This document shows positions 12,021 through 23,799 of a DNA stretch of 64,000 nt, piece by piece. The DNA comes from Octopus vulgaris. Its lineage: Eukaryota. The translations under genes and the position numbers were made by a program. Below the pieces are notes generated by a model, which was not told where the DNA came from, did no database searches, and was given only the letters and a program-made list of their open reading frames with translations. Position 1 is the first letter of the stretch, and the number at the start of each line of letters is the position of its first letter. The stretch is from positions 28,458,001-28,522,000 of the forward strand of contig OX597817.1 in assembly GCA_951406725.2 (NCBI GenBank). The letters run 5' to 3'.

Positions 12021-12579
12021 TACTATTAGTCAATAGTAGAATGATTTTTACTTTTTCTTTTCTTTTTTTGTTAGGTTCTAGACTTAATCGTTCGTCTGGT
12101 TTAACATTATCACCTGTCTCTTGAGTGCTTTTAGAATAGTACATTCTGTGTTAAGCATTCATATCTATAATCTTCAGACTGGAAATGCCTTCCTCCTATC
12201 AGACTAAGGCTCTGTAATTTTGTTTTAGATTAAAACAGAAAATAACTAAATAGATAACTAACTTACAAACTAAATAAATAAATTAATAACCCCACCCACC
12301 TTTCCCCCCTCAAAGTAAAGATCCACATGTAGGAATGAGTTTAGTTTTTGTCTTCTTGTTTTACGTATATTTCATATTGTGGAATTACTATCTTTCCTTT
12401 TGTTAATGTGAAAGATTTTAATGAAGTAGATGGTTCACCTTTAACAGTTTATCAGTTTAGAAATATTTGCTCGGGTTTTTGAGTTGTAAACAAAGGGTTT
12501 GAATTGCACATTAAGGTTTTTAATCAGGGTTTTGTGTTATGAGGTTATTTTCTAAAACAACATCTGTGTATTTGTCTTC

Positions 12580-12800
12580 AGTGGTTTCTAGCCCTATATC
12601 AGCTTTGATCAAGTAGAGTTATAACTAAAGATAGTTCAATCATGACCATCTTGTTTTATTTTCAGAAGTAGTATATTTAGAACTATATCATCCAAAGTGT
12701 CTTTATTTTTTTTTTCTAAAAGAAAATAATAGGGTGTGTTCTTAGGAATACTTGACTATTATTTCTAGCAAGTCTGCAACAATACAGGGGCTTCTTCTTT
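12580..12800 (-). mobile_element. Old dispersed repeat (SINE-like), degraded
   Basis: TAGCCC..TCAGCTTTGATC...CATGACCATCTTG...TATTTCTAGCAAG; same order of motifs as 57127-57290. Confidence 0.45.
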
Positions 12801-13370
12801 GCTTCCTTTTTCTTCAGTTCAAATAAGTAGGTCAATGTGTGCAATCTAGTCTTTCTTTAATTAGTTTATTCATTGAACACTTTATTACAAAATTACTTGG
12901 CATCAGTCACTTGGAATTTACAAGCATAAAAGGCTGTTTTCGCATCAAAACATAGACACATTTACTGACATATAGATACACATGCAAGCACACAGAGATA
13001 CACACACACACACACATATGCATACACTCTCTCTCTTCCTCACACACACACAAAGATACACCGCTCATCTGCTTTAAAAGTATTATTTCTTAGATGTACA
13101 CACAAAAGTGGAATGCCTTTTACTCTTTTATTCTTCTTGCTCAAATTCAAATTGATTGCTTTCATTTAATGTTCCTTCTTTAAAAATTTTGATGAATTAG
13201 TTATTTACTGTTATAGATAGCAAGAGATGTTGATTGGCATGCATGAGAATATCAATTCTGTATACACTAATATTACTCTAATGGAAGTTCGTATTTCATT
13301 ATACTTCTACACTCCTTAACTTCTACATAGTCAAATACATACATACATACATGCATACATATACACACAC

Positions 13371-13406
<36 letters not shown>

Positions 13407-14671
13407 GTAGGTGCAGATGAAAAATGTGCATATATGTGCATGTGTAGGTATCTCTGCACATACTACAAATATTCAAACAATGGCTGTTTGCCTGCTGTTG
13501 CTCATTAAGGTAAAGAATGACTTTTGTCGCAAAAATATTGGTAAAGTAATTGCAGGCACACCTTCAGTGTAATTATACCTCATTTAGAGAAAAGCTAATT
13601 TTAGTTACATCCTTAATAACAACTCTAAAATTTTCAATGGGTGTAGTTGAATTATATTTATTATTATTCCATTTGTTTTGTATTGTTTTAAAATTGCAAT
13701 GCATTTTTCTCATCTTTTTTTAGTTGCTAATTTTGAGTTGTTCAAGATATCGTTTTTCTCCCTTTTAAAATTTTTTTTTTCTTTTAAACTATGAAAAATG
13801 TAAGTTTCAGTGTTAAATTAGAATGAGCTTTATATTTGTTGATGTCATTATTGTACCGCGAGGGTCACATGCCTAATTTTTAAAGAAGATAACTACAAAA
13901 ATACAAAACATTCTAAATTGAATTTTAAAAAAAATTTTGTTTTGCAGTTGATAAACTAGTCACTTTAATATCTTACAACTTGATACTGTAATTTTTGCCA
14001 AAATTTGCCTGCAAGAAACTCTATAATTGAATAATGTTTTCATTCTGAAATGTGACATCATTCATTTCTGGCATTTCAATTAAGCCATATAGAAGGTGAG
14101 AAAATAGCTGTTTTGAATGAGGTCTTGAGTTCTTTCATGAGAAACTTTTGTGCATGTTACCTACCTTTGAGAAGAATTTTGCATAAGAAGTAAAGTGTGC
14201 TTGAGCTAATCACAAGGTACACTATACATCTAATGAGATGGAGTGGTTATGGATTCTCCACTAGGACCCATATCACTGTGTTCTACCCTAAACGATGTAG
14301 TTCTGAAGTGAACTTCATAACTGCAAAAGCATGCCTATGCTCATTTGATACATGTACACTTCCTCTTTTTAATCTAGGATGTATGTGGTGTGTGTATGTA
14401 TGTTCTCTTCTGTTTTTGATTATATATTTTCTTTCTCTGATGAAGGAGTTGTTTTCTAACAAAGATACAAAAATCCGTCTTGGGAATGTAGATAAGAAAA
14501 ACAATTTCACATTTTAAACTGGAGAAAAGTCCTGCATATTGTTACTGTTCTACTTAAAGATTGTATTTGTAATGTACAAGTTAGTTGGTTGATTTCTTTT
14601 TCAGAAAACCCTAGCTTATCCAGATTGTCACTTAGCATTTATGTATGCATGCACACATGCATATGCATAGT

Positions 14672-14812
14672 GACATTTCGTCCATCTTCACAATGTGAGT
14701 TCAAATACCACCAAGGTCAACTTTGCCTTTTATCCTTTTGAGATTGATAAAAAGTACCAGTTGAGCCTCAAATTACCTCCTGCCCTAAAATTGCTGTCCT
14801 CATGCTAAAATT
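14672..14812 (+). mobile_element. Deu/Nin-domain SINE fragment, family D
   Basis: GAGTTCAAAT (B box) followed by CTTTGCCTTTTATCCTTTTGAGATTGATAAAAAGTACCAG, resembling the Deu/Nin core (GCCTTYCATCCTTCCGAGGTCGRTAAAATGAGTACC). Confidence 0.7.
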
Positions 14813-14961
14813 TGGTGGTTGGTGTTAGGAAGGGCATCCAGCCTTAAAAACCATGCCAAAACAGACAGTGAAGCCTGGTGCAGTCTTCTGTCTAGCCAGC
14901 TCCTGTCAAACCATCCAACCCATGGCAGCATGGAAAGCAGATGTTAAATGATGATGATGAT
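14813..14961 (+). mobile_element. RTE-tail retroposon
   Basis: GGTTGGTGTTAGGAAGGGCATCCAGC...CCATCCAACCCATGGCAGCATGGAAAGCAGATGTTAAA(TGA)n. Confidence 0.8.
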
Positions 14962-15328
14962 ATGTATGTGTGTGTTTCATGTTATTATGGATGCAAGCGT
15001 AGCTATGTATTTATGAGTTCTGCATTTCAAGCATCCCTCATTTGTTCTCTCTGTTTAGCCCCTTGGATGTATACTATCATAGCCTCAATAGATGGAAGAG
15101 GGTACATGTTGAAATTATTTATTAAGCTTGAAATTCTATGAGTTTTGAAATTTAACTCCCCAAGTATCAAGCAAAGTCTGAACCATGAAACCAGAAACCA
15201 TTAAGAAGACTATTCATAAAACAAAAGCATTTATCAAGATAAATTGAAAGAAATAAAAAGCATTTATATATTTTAACTAAAAGAACAAATACCTGATTGT
15301 GTTGATTTAAAAATAATTGTATTAATCA

Positions 15329-15717
15329 CTAGCAGTATCGCCCGGCGTTGCTCGGGTTTGTAAGGGAAATAACTATGTAAGCATTTTTAGGGATGTAAAG
15401 TATAATAGCCATCTCAATATGGCTAACCACAAAGGGGTGTGTTACTGTAGCTTTTTACGTTCTGAGATTTAATAATACATTTTTAGAGAGTTACCTCCCT
15501 TATATAATAGCAAAAAAATGCATTAAAAATGGGAAAAAAATTATAGTAATTTTTTTTTTAAATCGTAGACTCATCGTAGATGCGCACTAATACACAGAAG
15601 GGCTTGATATGAATCACGACTATAAGATACCCACTTTTGGTTACACTGCAAAATGTGGGAGTAGTTAGGAATCTAAATCGTAGGAGACAGACACAACTTC
15701 ACTTTTATATATAAAGA
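15329..15717 (-). mobile_element. Non-autonomous Helitron, complete
   Basis: Minus strand begins A^TC (15718/15717), ends with hairpin CCCGAGCAACGCCGGG then CTAG^T (15329). No TSD. Near-identical to 53145-53510. Confidence 0.85.
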
Positions 15718-15896
15718 TATTTCAATGTGCTCACTCCAGTCCATGATTGACTGTGGCCATTCTGGGGTATTAATTTCAAGCTGTTTGGTTAATTGTTTCT
15801 CCCATTAGTTATTTTATAGATGTGTTTTTGTTGAATAGCAGTATTATGTATTTGACATAAAGGGACACAACACCTGTAAACATATATATATATTTA

Positions 15897-16040
15897 GGAG
15901 CAGGTATGATCCTATGGTTTAAGAAGTTTACTTCCTATTCACATGGTTTCAGGTTCAATCCCACTATGTGGCACCTTGAAAAATTGTCCACTATAATAGC
16001 TTGTGACAAACGAAAGATTTGGTAGAAGGAAACTGAAAGA
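15897..16040 (+). mobile_element. Family A SINE, degraded 5' half
   Basis: CACATGGTTTCAGGTTCAATCCCACTATGTGGCACCTTG...GGAAACTGAAAGA. Confidence 0.7.
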
Positions 16041-17587
16041 TGATTATTGAATGCACATATATGAATGCAAGAAAACACTGGAGCCATTATTACAATAATC
16101 TTATAAACAAATATACCCCTGGGAATCATGATTAGTCTTTATACTAATCTCCAAACATTAAAGGAATCATGTCTGTGTGTTCTAATTGTTTCATAATTAC
16201 ACTCATTTTTTCCAAAAACCATATTTTTTCTTGTAGTCATTAATTTAAGTTTTAAATTCCTACTTATCTAAGCTGCTCTTGTTTTATTTTTTATTTAATA
16301 TTTGCATGGATATCAGTATTCTTTATATTGACTACAGTAGTTAGAAATTTCAGATAATATCTATGTGTTACTAGAATAAGTGTGTTTAGCATATTCTGCC
16401 TTCAAGTAGCATTAATATGTAATTTTAGAATTACGATAATTGCATAGAAGCTGTAAATAAATAATAGAACTCATCAAAAAATAATACATTGGAAAGGACA
16501 TACTGATTAAAAATAGCATTATATGGAATCTAGAAACCATTTGTGAAAACTTACCATAACATTTCCATTCCTTATCTCCATTTATATCTGTATCGTATAT
16601 GATTTTTAAAGTGATGACTTTCTGTAGATAGACTAGTCTTGGTAATTATCCTAATGATATATTTGGTATTTGATAAGGTTGCAAATCTTGAAACAGATGA
16701 GTTAATGCTTATTGTGCTATCCACTTAGTCTATAGTTATCAAAAAAATCGTTTTATAACCTGGATCCAATAATCTGATTTTCACAGGTTTCTACTGTCTT
16801 TTAGGATTAATGAAGTACTATTTAAGGGTATTTTGTGACATTTTATGCATATTTTTGTTCATTGATTTTTTTTTTTCCAATAAATTTGTCTTATGTTAGA
16901 GGGATCTATGCTATTTAGACTCTGTGATAATAAAAAGGTTCATTTCACCTGTTTCTTATCTATTTACTTTATTCTATTATATTTTTGCTATATATTTCTA
17001 TACATTTTTATATATCAGTTTTCTGATTATAACTTTTCTACTTGTATAGGATAAATACAACTATTTCAACTGTTGAGTGGTGTATGCATAGTAGTGTCAT
17101 AATTCTTTTTTATATCAAATCATAATTAATATTGACAGAAACAATATTGATACTAAATGGTAATTTTGACCCCCATCATAACATGGAGGATATGTTAGAA
17201 CAGAGGATGCTGCATCATTTATCTTAAGAGAATATCTCTTAAGGATTTATGGTGCATAAAAATACTCAAAATTATATTGTTGATAGACTAGAATTGTTTG
17301 CTATAGTTGCTTGGAACTGCCAGAACACATGATTTCACTCTACTATTGGTTCCTTAGTGACAGATGTCTTGCAGCACAATAACAGCTACATTTCTTGTCA
17401 ACATTATATAGAATCTCACTGTCTATTCAGGCACTGGTGTTGCAAATAGTCAGTGGACTTATTAAAAAGTAATTAATTGTGAGTAAAACAGTATTAATAC
17501 CAAAAGGTAATCTTCATCTCCAACATTAAAGATACAACTTATTACTAATACAGATATATTAATTTCACTTATATGAAAGAAATAGTT

Positions 17588-17922
17588 GTATATAGTGCTC
17601 AGGTGCACTACAACTAAGAAAAAAAAAGGCATCAGGTGTACTGTTGGTGGATTTCAGGAAGCCTGTAAGTTTTGAAGGATGTAATGTCTTGACAGCTAAC
17701 GACTTATGCGAGTAGTTCATTCTATGCTTCAAGAATTCTGAGCATGAAAATATGTTTCCGAAGGTCATGGGTGCTGTGTTGTATTTTGATTTTGTGAGTA
17801 TGTCCATGAGTGTTTGACATATGGAATTCAAAAAGGTGCCCAAGGTTGTTGGAAAGAGGGTGGATAATCTTGTGGGTGTCTACCCGGTCAGTTGCCAGAT
17901 GTCTAAGCTTCAATGTGTCCTT
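17588..17922 (-). mobile_element. CR1-group LINE 3' fragment, older copy of the 60340-61030 family
   Basis: LKLRHLATDRVDTHKIIH...SNTHGHTHKIKIQHSTHDLRKHIF aligns to the 60455-61018 ORF. Shares the terminal AGTGCTCAGGTGCAC.ACAACT. Confidence 0.85.
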
Positions 17923-18999
17923 GTATTATTTCATTAAAAAAAAAAAAAAAATTCATAACCTTAGGAGGCTGTATGTATATAACAATGTATATTTCAGTAG
18001 TTTGATAACTGTGTGATACTTGCCTCCTTTCTAAATATTATCTGAATGCTAAGATAGTACCATATCTGATTTTGTTATTCATGCTTGAGTGTTGCATTCT
18101 GACATATTTATTAGTCACCTTGCTCTATTTCAATTCCTTAATTTCAATGTATTCATCTAACCATACATTATGTGTCTTTATAACCTTTCTTCCTTTCTGT
18201 ATGACCTTTTGCACATTGTTTTATTACATACTTGTAAAGAGCAGGCCCCTTAGACAATAGTTTCTTCCTTAAGTCTTTAAATCTTCTTATATATGAGATT
18301 ATTTATGGCTGTAGCATAACATTTGTATCTACTGTCTATTTTGTTCAGTAGGTAGGGATTGGTGTTTATTAATCCTTTCTTAGAAATATTATTGTTTTCA
18401 TTATTGCTGTTATTCTTCTTCAGAGGTCTTTTTCTTTCTTGTTCTCTCACTACAGCAGCAAGTGCAGCTCTGTAGCCATAGTTTGGTGCCATCACTTTAG
18501 CATGGCATTCTGTAATACAGTTTTAACCTATACTATAGCAGTAGGTTGACCAATACCTTGTGAGTAAAATTAGTAGATAATAAATGAAGAAGCACAACCT
18601 GTGTATATACCCCACCCACACACCTATGTATTTGTGTGTGATGTGTGTATGATGTATATATGTATATTTATATATATGTGTGTATGATGTTTATATGTGT
18701 ATATATGTATATAAGTATGTGTATGTATGTGCATATAAATATATATCAATGTAAATGTAAAATATTTATGTATAGAATTAGGCAAAATAACTTACTATTT
18801 CGTAGTTGGACATTAAAAAACAAATTAGGTAGGCCACATTTCAGAATATAAGATTAGTCATCATTAGTAGTAAGACCCACTCATGATCTGTTCCAATTAA
18901 TGTTGTTAACATTAATGTAAAATATTTATGCATAGAATTTATGTATAGAATTCTGATAGTGCTTAGTAGTGAGACATAAACCTTGAATACAGAGAAACT

Positions 19000-19360
19000 G
19001 AGAAAACTGAAAGGAAATAAAGCTAGCATGCTTTGTGGGATGTACAGTGTAACTATGCATGGATGTCAAAAAAGAAATATGGTGAGCGAAAAACTGGGTG
19101 TAAGAGAAATCTGATGTAGTCAGCAAGAAACAAGTCTGCATTGGTATGGATATGCGATACTTATGGATGAAAACAATTGAATAAAAGAAATACTGATCCA
19201 GTTGAAGGAAACTCAGGAAGACCTGGAGCAAAGTGGTGCCAGCTGATATCAGGATCTTACTTTCATGGAGATGACAAATGGAAATATGTAGTTCTCAAGA
19301 TGACCTGTCCATCTTAGTGAAACTAAGATATTGGAAACATAATGTTTATGTATATACGAG
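19000..19360 (+). mobile_element. Degraded RTE LINE 3' ORF fragment
   Basis: Remnants ASML, KLGVREI, QETSLHWYGYA (cf. QERRLRWYGHV) and RKTWSKVV. Confidence 0.6.
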
Positions 19361-19892
19361 CAGCTAAGCCCAGTTTCACCAGGTCGGTTTGGATGATGTA
19401 GCTGTGAAACCTGCTCTGTGTAAGCATTCGACTTGTTTGGGCACACTTACATTAAAAGACAATTTTAGAATGACTTTTTTCTGTCAAAACGCTAAAAATA
19501 ACTGACCATCAAAAAAACACAAAAAACCACAAGATTCAACTAAATCAAAAAATAAACCCAAATACTATGCGAACAAAGATGAACCATCCCACTCATTCAT
19601 AAGCACAAGAGTAATATTACAGTAGATTATCTTGGTAACCATGGGAGCTATGAAAAAATACAAAGCCCAGCATCATCACCAGATCATTCTATACATCTGT
19701 GTAATTTTTCGCACAATTCTACCTGGCCATTTAACCATGAACCCCAAGACAAGAAAGAATTGTGCGTGTCAAATTTAGATATATATTTGGTAAACTGGTC
19801 TCCCTTGCAAGAAAGCTGTTCTCCTCTGGCTTCTTCTCTCACCATAGAGTTGCTTCCCTCTCTACCAAAATCTCCACTTAGTTGAAGGGAAT

Positions 19893-20030
19893 GTTAGTCT
19901 TGCAAGCTGCATGGAAACCTCACTAGTGTTGGTGCCATGAAAATAGCATTTAGTACACACTGTAAAGTGGTTGGCATTAAGATTAACATCCATTCATAGA
20001 GACCATGCCAAAAGATAAATTGCAGCATAA
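19893..20030 (+). mobile_element. Degraded RTE-tail fragment
   Basis: GGTGCCATGAAAATAGCATTTAGTACACACTGTAAAGTGGTTGGCATTAAG. Confidence 0.55.
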
Positions 20031-21661
20031 TGCATATATATATATATATATACATACACAAGCACATACACACAAATGGAAGAGTTTTCAATGTGTTGCA
20101 AAGTTTATTTGTGTTTGAAGACAGCTTGATAATTCACTCAATTGCTATAATAGCTTTTTACCTCACACTTGTCAAAGCTTGATCAAATATAATTATGAAC
20201 AATGCTTTATTATCAAGCATACAAGAGCTTTCAGATAAAAAAGAATTTAAAAAGATATAATTTTTTGTTCAGTTTTTATTATTCAAGTTTAGTAACTCAT
20301 AATCATATTGTGTGAAGTGGATATAAAAATAATGAAACAATTTTCTGAGAAAGTATTTCTTATCATATTGTCACATTTAAACAGAAGAAGGAAATTTATG
20401 ATGGAGTTTATATGATTACAATACACTTTATTAAAAGTAGCTTCCTAGTATTTCTTTACCATGTAGGAAGAAAATAATGTAACATAAATTCAAAATAGTT
20501 AATATAGTTTCAGAATGAAGTAAAAATGTTTTGTTATTCATAAATATTTTATTGTCCTCCAGCAAAAGAACATTAATTGAAAGAGGTGAGTGGGTCATTT
20601 CAAACATGCTAACTAATCTTATATTCTAAAATGTGGCCGACCTAACTTGTTTCTTTTTTAATGTCCAACTACAAAATAATAAATCGTTTTGCTTAAGAGC
20701 ACATCACCAGTATTCTGCCACGGCGTCTTAATTATTATAATAGATTTTGTGTTATCTCTTTGGAGTTGTAAGAAACTGGAAAATCAGTTAACAGTAGCTA
20801 TCTATGAGTGAATTATCAGCAGAATTAATTTTTAAGCTGTTAATGACTTGTTAATAACTCGTAGGTTATATTTTGCAGTGTTATGTTTTAAATTATTTTT
20901 AACACCAGTGGTTTACTTTATTACCCTCTCAAGTAATAAAGTTGTTGATTTCTTACTGATATAAAATTGAAAATAAATTCACTAATAGACTTTGAAAACT
21001 TTGAATATGAAAATCCATGCTGCATAGGTTTGGCACTTGGATTGTTTCTTTACATATACTGGTATTGTATCCTTGATCTGTGTACTTGTTTCTAATCATT
21101 TCATTTTATTCTGTACCAGATATGAGAAATTAGCTTGCCCTTGTATTCATTATTATGTGTACACTAGGTTATTTTCCAGTACGAAAGTATTAACATACAA
21201 TCATTGGATTATTAGATGCTGTTTCTTGCTACATGATTGAATTTATGTTCATTTGGAAATGCTAAGATGTTGATCAATGGACTGAATACTTGATTATATC
21301 TTGCATTGCTTTAGAATTCCTACTTAGTTTCAACTTCCTGCTATTAATCTACAACTTTGACACCTGATCTTTTACAAATGATATTGGATATTATTTATGG
21401 ATTGATTTAGAACTAAGGTATTAAAAATAAAAATACTTTAATTTCTTTTTCCTAAAATTCCTGCACTAATTGTTCTAATTTTAAATGAATAGATTTAGAA
21501 ACATGAATGTCAGGAACTTAACTGAATTTTATTCTTTATGTAGGTTTAGCTTGCTTTCCTTGCATGTCATACCATTTGTTTATTGTATGTTAAACTAAAT
21601 TTAAGTAACTGAGTTGTGTTATTGAGGGGAAGTCTTTTATTATGCTGCCATACAGATATAT

Positions 21662-22021
21662 TAGACTGTGGCAACACAAGAGCACCAACTTGAAGAATTT
21701 TTAGTTAAATTTGTCAAATCCAGTGCTTATTATTTAAAAGCCTATCACTTATTCAATCAGTCTCTTTTGCTGAGCTGCTACGTTATGGGGACATAAGCAT
21801 ACCAGCACCGGTTGTTAAGTGGTTGGGGTGGGGGACAAATGCAGGCACAAAGACTTACACACACATGCACATTCAATGGGCTTCTTTCAATTTTCGTTTA
21901 TCAAATCCACTCACAATACTTTGTTTGGCTTGAAGCTATAGTAGAAAACACTTGCCCAAGGTGCCACACTGTGGGACTGAACACTGAACTAATGTGGTTA
22001 AGAAACAATCTTCTTTCCAGT
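21662..22021 (-). mobile_element. Family A SINE, older copy, extreme 5' end replaced by a 5S sequence
   Basis: ACACTTGCCCAAGGTGCCACACTGTGGGACTGAAC, AAATCCACTCACAA and TCTCTTTTGCTGAGCTGCTA match the family A reverse complement. Confidence 0.8.
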
Positions 22022-22028
22022 GTGAGAT

Positions 22029-22145
22029 GCTTACAGCACCTAGGTTTTCAAGCAGTAACCCATCTAAGTACTAACTAGGCTCAATGTTGCTTAACTTAGG
22101 TTATTGGATGAGAACTGGTACATTCAACATGATATGGCCATAAGC
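22029..22145 (-). pseudogene. 5S rRNA pseudogene, full length (117 nt)
   Basis: Minus strand GCTTATGGCCATATCATGTTGAATGTACCAGTTCTCATCCAATAACCTAAGTTAAGCAACATTGAGCCTAGTTAGTACTTAGATGGGTTACTGCTTGAAAACCTAGGTGCTGTAAGC is collinear with metazoan 5S (box A AGTTAAGC, intermediate/C region AGTACTTRGATGGG). No CpG remains and there is no oligo-T terminator. Confidence 0.93.
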
Positions 22146-22639
22146 TGTATATGATTGGCAAAAAATAATTCACTCTTAATGAAGTAAATTTTCAAGTTAG
22201 TCAAATGATATTTTGTAAGTTATGAAAAAGTTGCTTTTGTTCTGAAATCATTGCCTCTGTTTAATGAAAGTTGTATGCTTCGCTGATAGAAATACTATTA
22301 TGTGTGAAATAACGTTTTTGTAAAATTATTTATACTTTCTCTGTACATTTTTAATCATTTGTATCCAAAAAATTAAAAAGTACTTAGTTGAGTGCCTCCA
22401 TATCCAAAGCTCCAATGAAGCTATAAGGTGTTACTCAGGTACTCTGATTCCACAGCATCTTATAGCAGAAACAGCAGTAAGCAAGTGATGTTCATTAGAT
22501 AATCATTTATTCCTTGACAGAATTTGTATATTTGAAACTGAAATACACATTTCATTAATATTGTCGAACAATCAAATTCCCAAATAAGTTCCAAAATTAA
22601 TGAAACTATTTTAAATGATTTTGATTTTATTATAGACTA

Positions 22640-22733
22640 ACTTAAAAGCCATACTCCACGTGGACTTTCAAGCTAGCTCTTGTGGAGGGCTAACTGGGCC
22701 TGCGACTCAAAACTAAAGAGAGCAATAATAATA
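22640..22733 (+). mobile_element. Probable LINE 3' tail with (AAT)n end
   Basis: GC-richer island GCTAGCTCTTGTGGAGGGCTAACTGGGCCTGCGACTC ending in GCAATAATAATAA. Family not assigned. Confidence 0.35.
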
Positions 22734-22746
22734 AAGCATTTATTGG

Positions 22747-22787
22747 TGCCCTACCAATATGGTATTGAATACCATATTGGTAGGGCA
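22747..22787. repeat. Perfect 20-bp inverted repeat with 1-nt spacer
   Basis: TGCCCTACCAATATGGTATT-G-AATACCATATTGGTAGGGCA. Confidence 0.95.
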
Positions 22788-23294
22788 ATTCAAATTCAGT
22801 TTAAATTTTGGGAGTTCTTTTAAAATTTGAATTTTCAACTGTTAGCATATAACAAGTACTCAGTTAGACCTGATTCCAGTGCTGGAGGTTCAAGAACTAA
22901 ATGAAGGGCAGATCTTCCATCCAGGATCATCCTGATTCCAAAAAGGTACAATATGTCTATGTAGAGCAAATATAGATCAAGGTCCCAGATGGACAGCCAC
23001 AATTTCGCATTTATTATTATAGATTGTTACTTAATTTTGAGTGTAGACAATAATTTTAACAAATTTGGCAATAATCTTCTCTTGTAGTTCTGAGAAATAG
23101 GTTTACATTTAAATCATGGGGCTTATTGTGCTTTATATTTCAAATATAAGTTTTTGTATAAAAATTATATTTTTGTTTTGATTCATACAAAAATTATATG
23201 CTGAAAAGGTTTAGGATATTAAAAAATTATTTTTACAGCCACTGAATTGTCACTTGAATAAATCTTTACTTAAATTTTTGGACAATATCTTGAA

Positions 23295-23518
23295 CCCTTT
23301 GGCATTCAGGTTACTCTGTCAAATGTAATGCTTATTTATTCACATTGTCTTGAATTAATCGTGCATTATCTAGTAGTTTCAAGATTTCAATGATGCAATT
23401 GTTTAAATTTTTATTGTGACATTATAGATTAGGTATGAAATATTGGATTTGGCCAATTTGAATATAAAAGAGGCAGAATATTATGGCTGGTTATATAGTC
23501 AGTTTGAATGCTAAAGGG
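23295..23518. mobile_element. piggyBac-type MITE (~224 bp), decayed TTAA sites
   Basis: TIR CCCTTTGGCATTCA / TGAATGCTAAAGGG (13/14), flanks TGAA and TTGA. Collinear with 63456-63677. Confidence 0.8.
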
Positions 23519-23657
23519 TTGAAGTCCTACATTCTTGCATAAACCCATCATGCTTAGAAATCCATCTTAGTACATTTGAAAGGTCAGTGATTGTGCCATT
23601 CAAAAATATATAATTGACAATCTCCTGAGAAAATTTCACCACTAATTTCAAAAATTC

Positions 23658-23799
23658 TGGCGTTAGGAAGGGCATCCAGCTGTAGAAACACTGCCAAATC
23701 TGACTGGGGTCTGGTGCAGCCTTCTGGGTTCCCAAATCCCAGTTGAACCGTCCAACCCATGCTAGCATGGAAAAAAGATGTTAAACGATGATGATGATG
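23658..23799 (+). mobile_element. RTE-tail retroposon
   Basis: TGGCGTTAGGAAGGGCATCCAGCTGTAGAAAC...CCAACCCATGCTAGCATGG...AAACGATGATGATGATGA. Confidence 0.85.

Noticed and set aside
19380-19790. A-rich stretch resembling a LINE ORF remnant
   Set aside because: No diagnostic motif could be read.
22029-22145. Functional 5S rRNA gene
   Set aside because: Single copy, many helix-disrupting transitions, all CpGs lost and no terminator.
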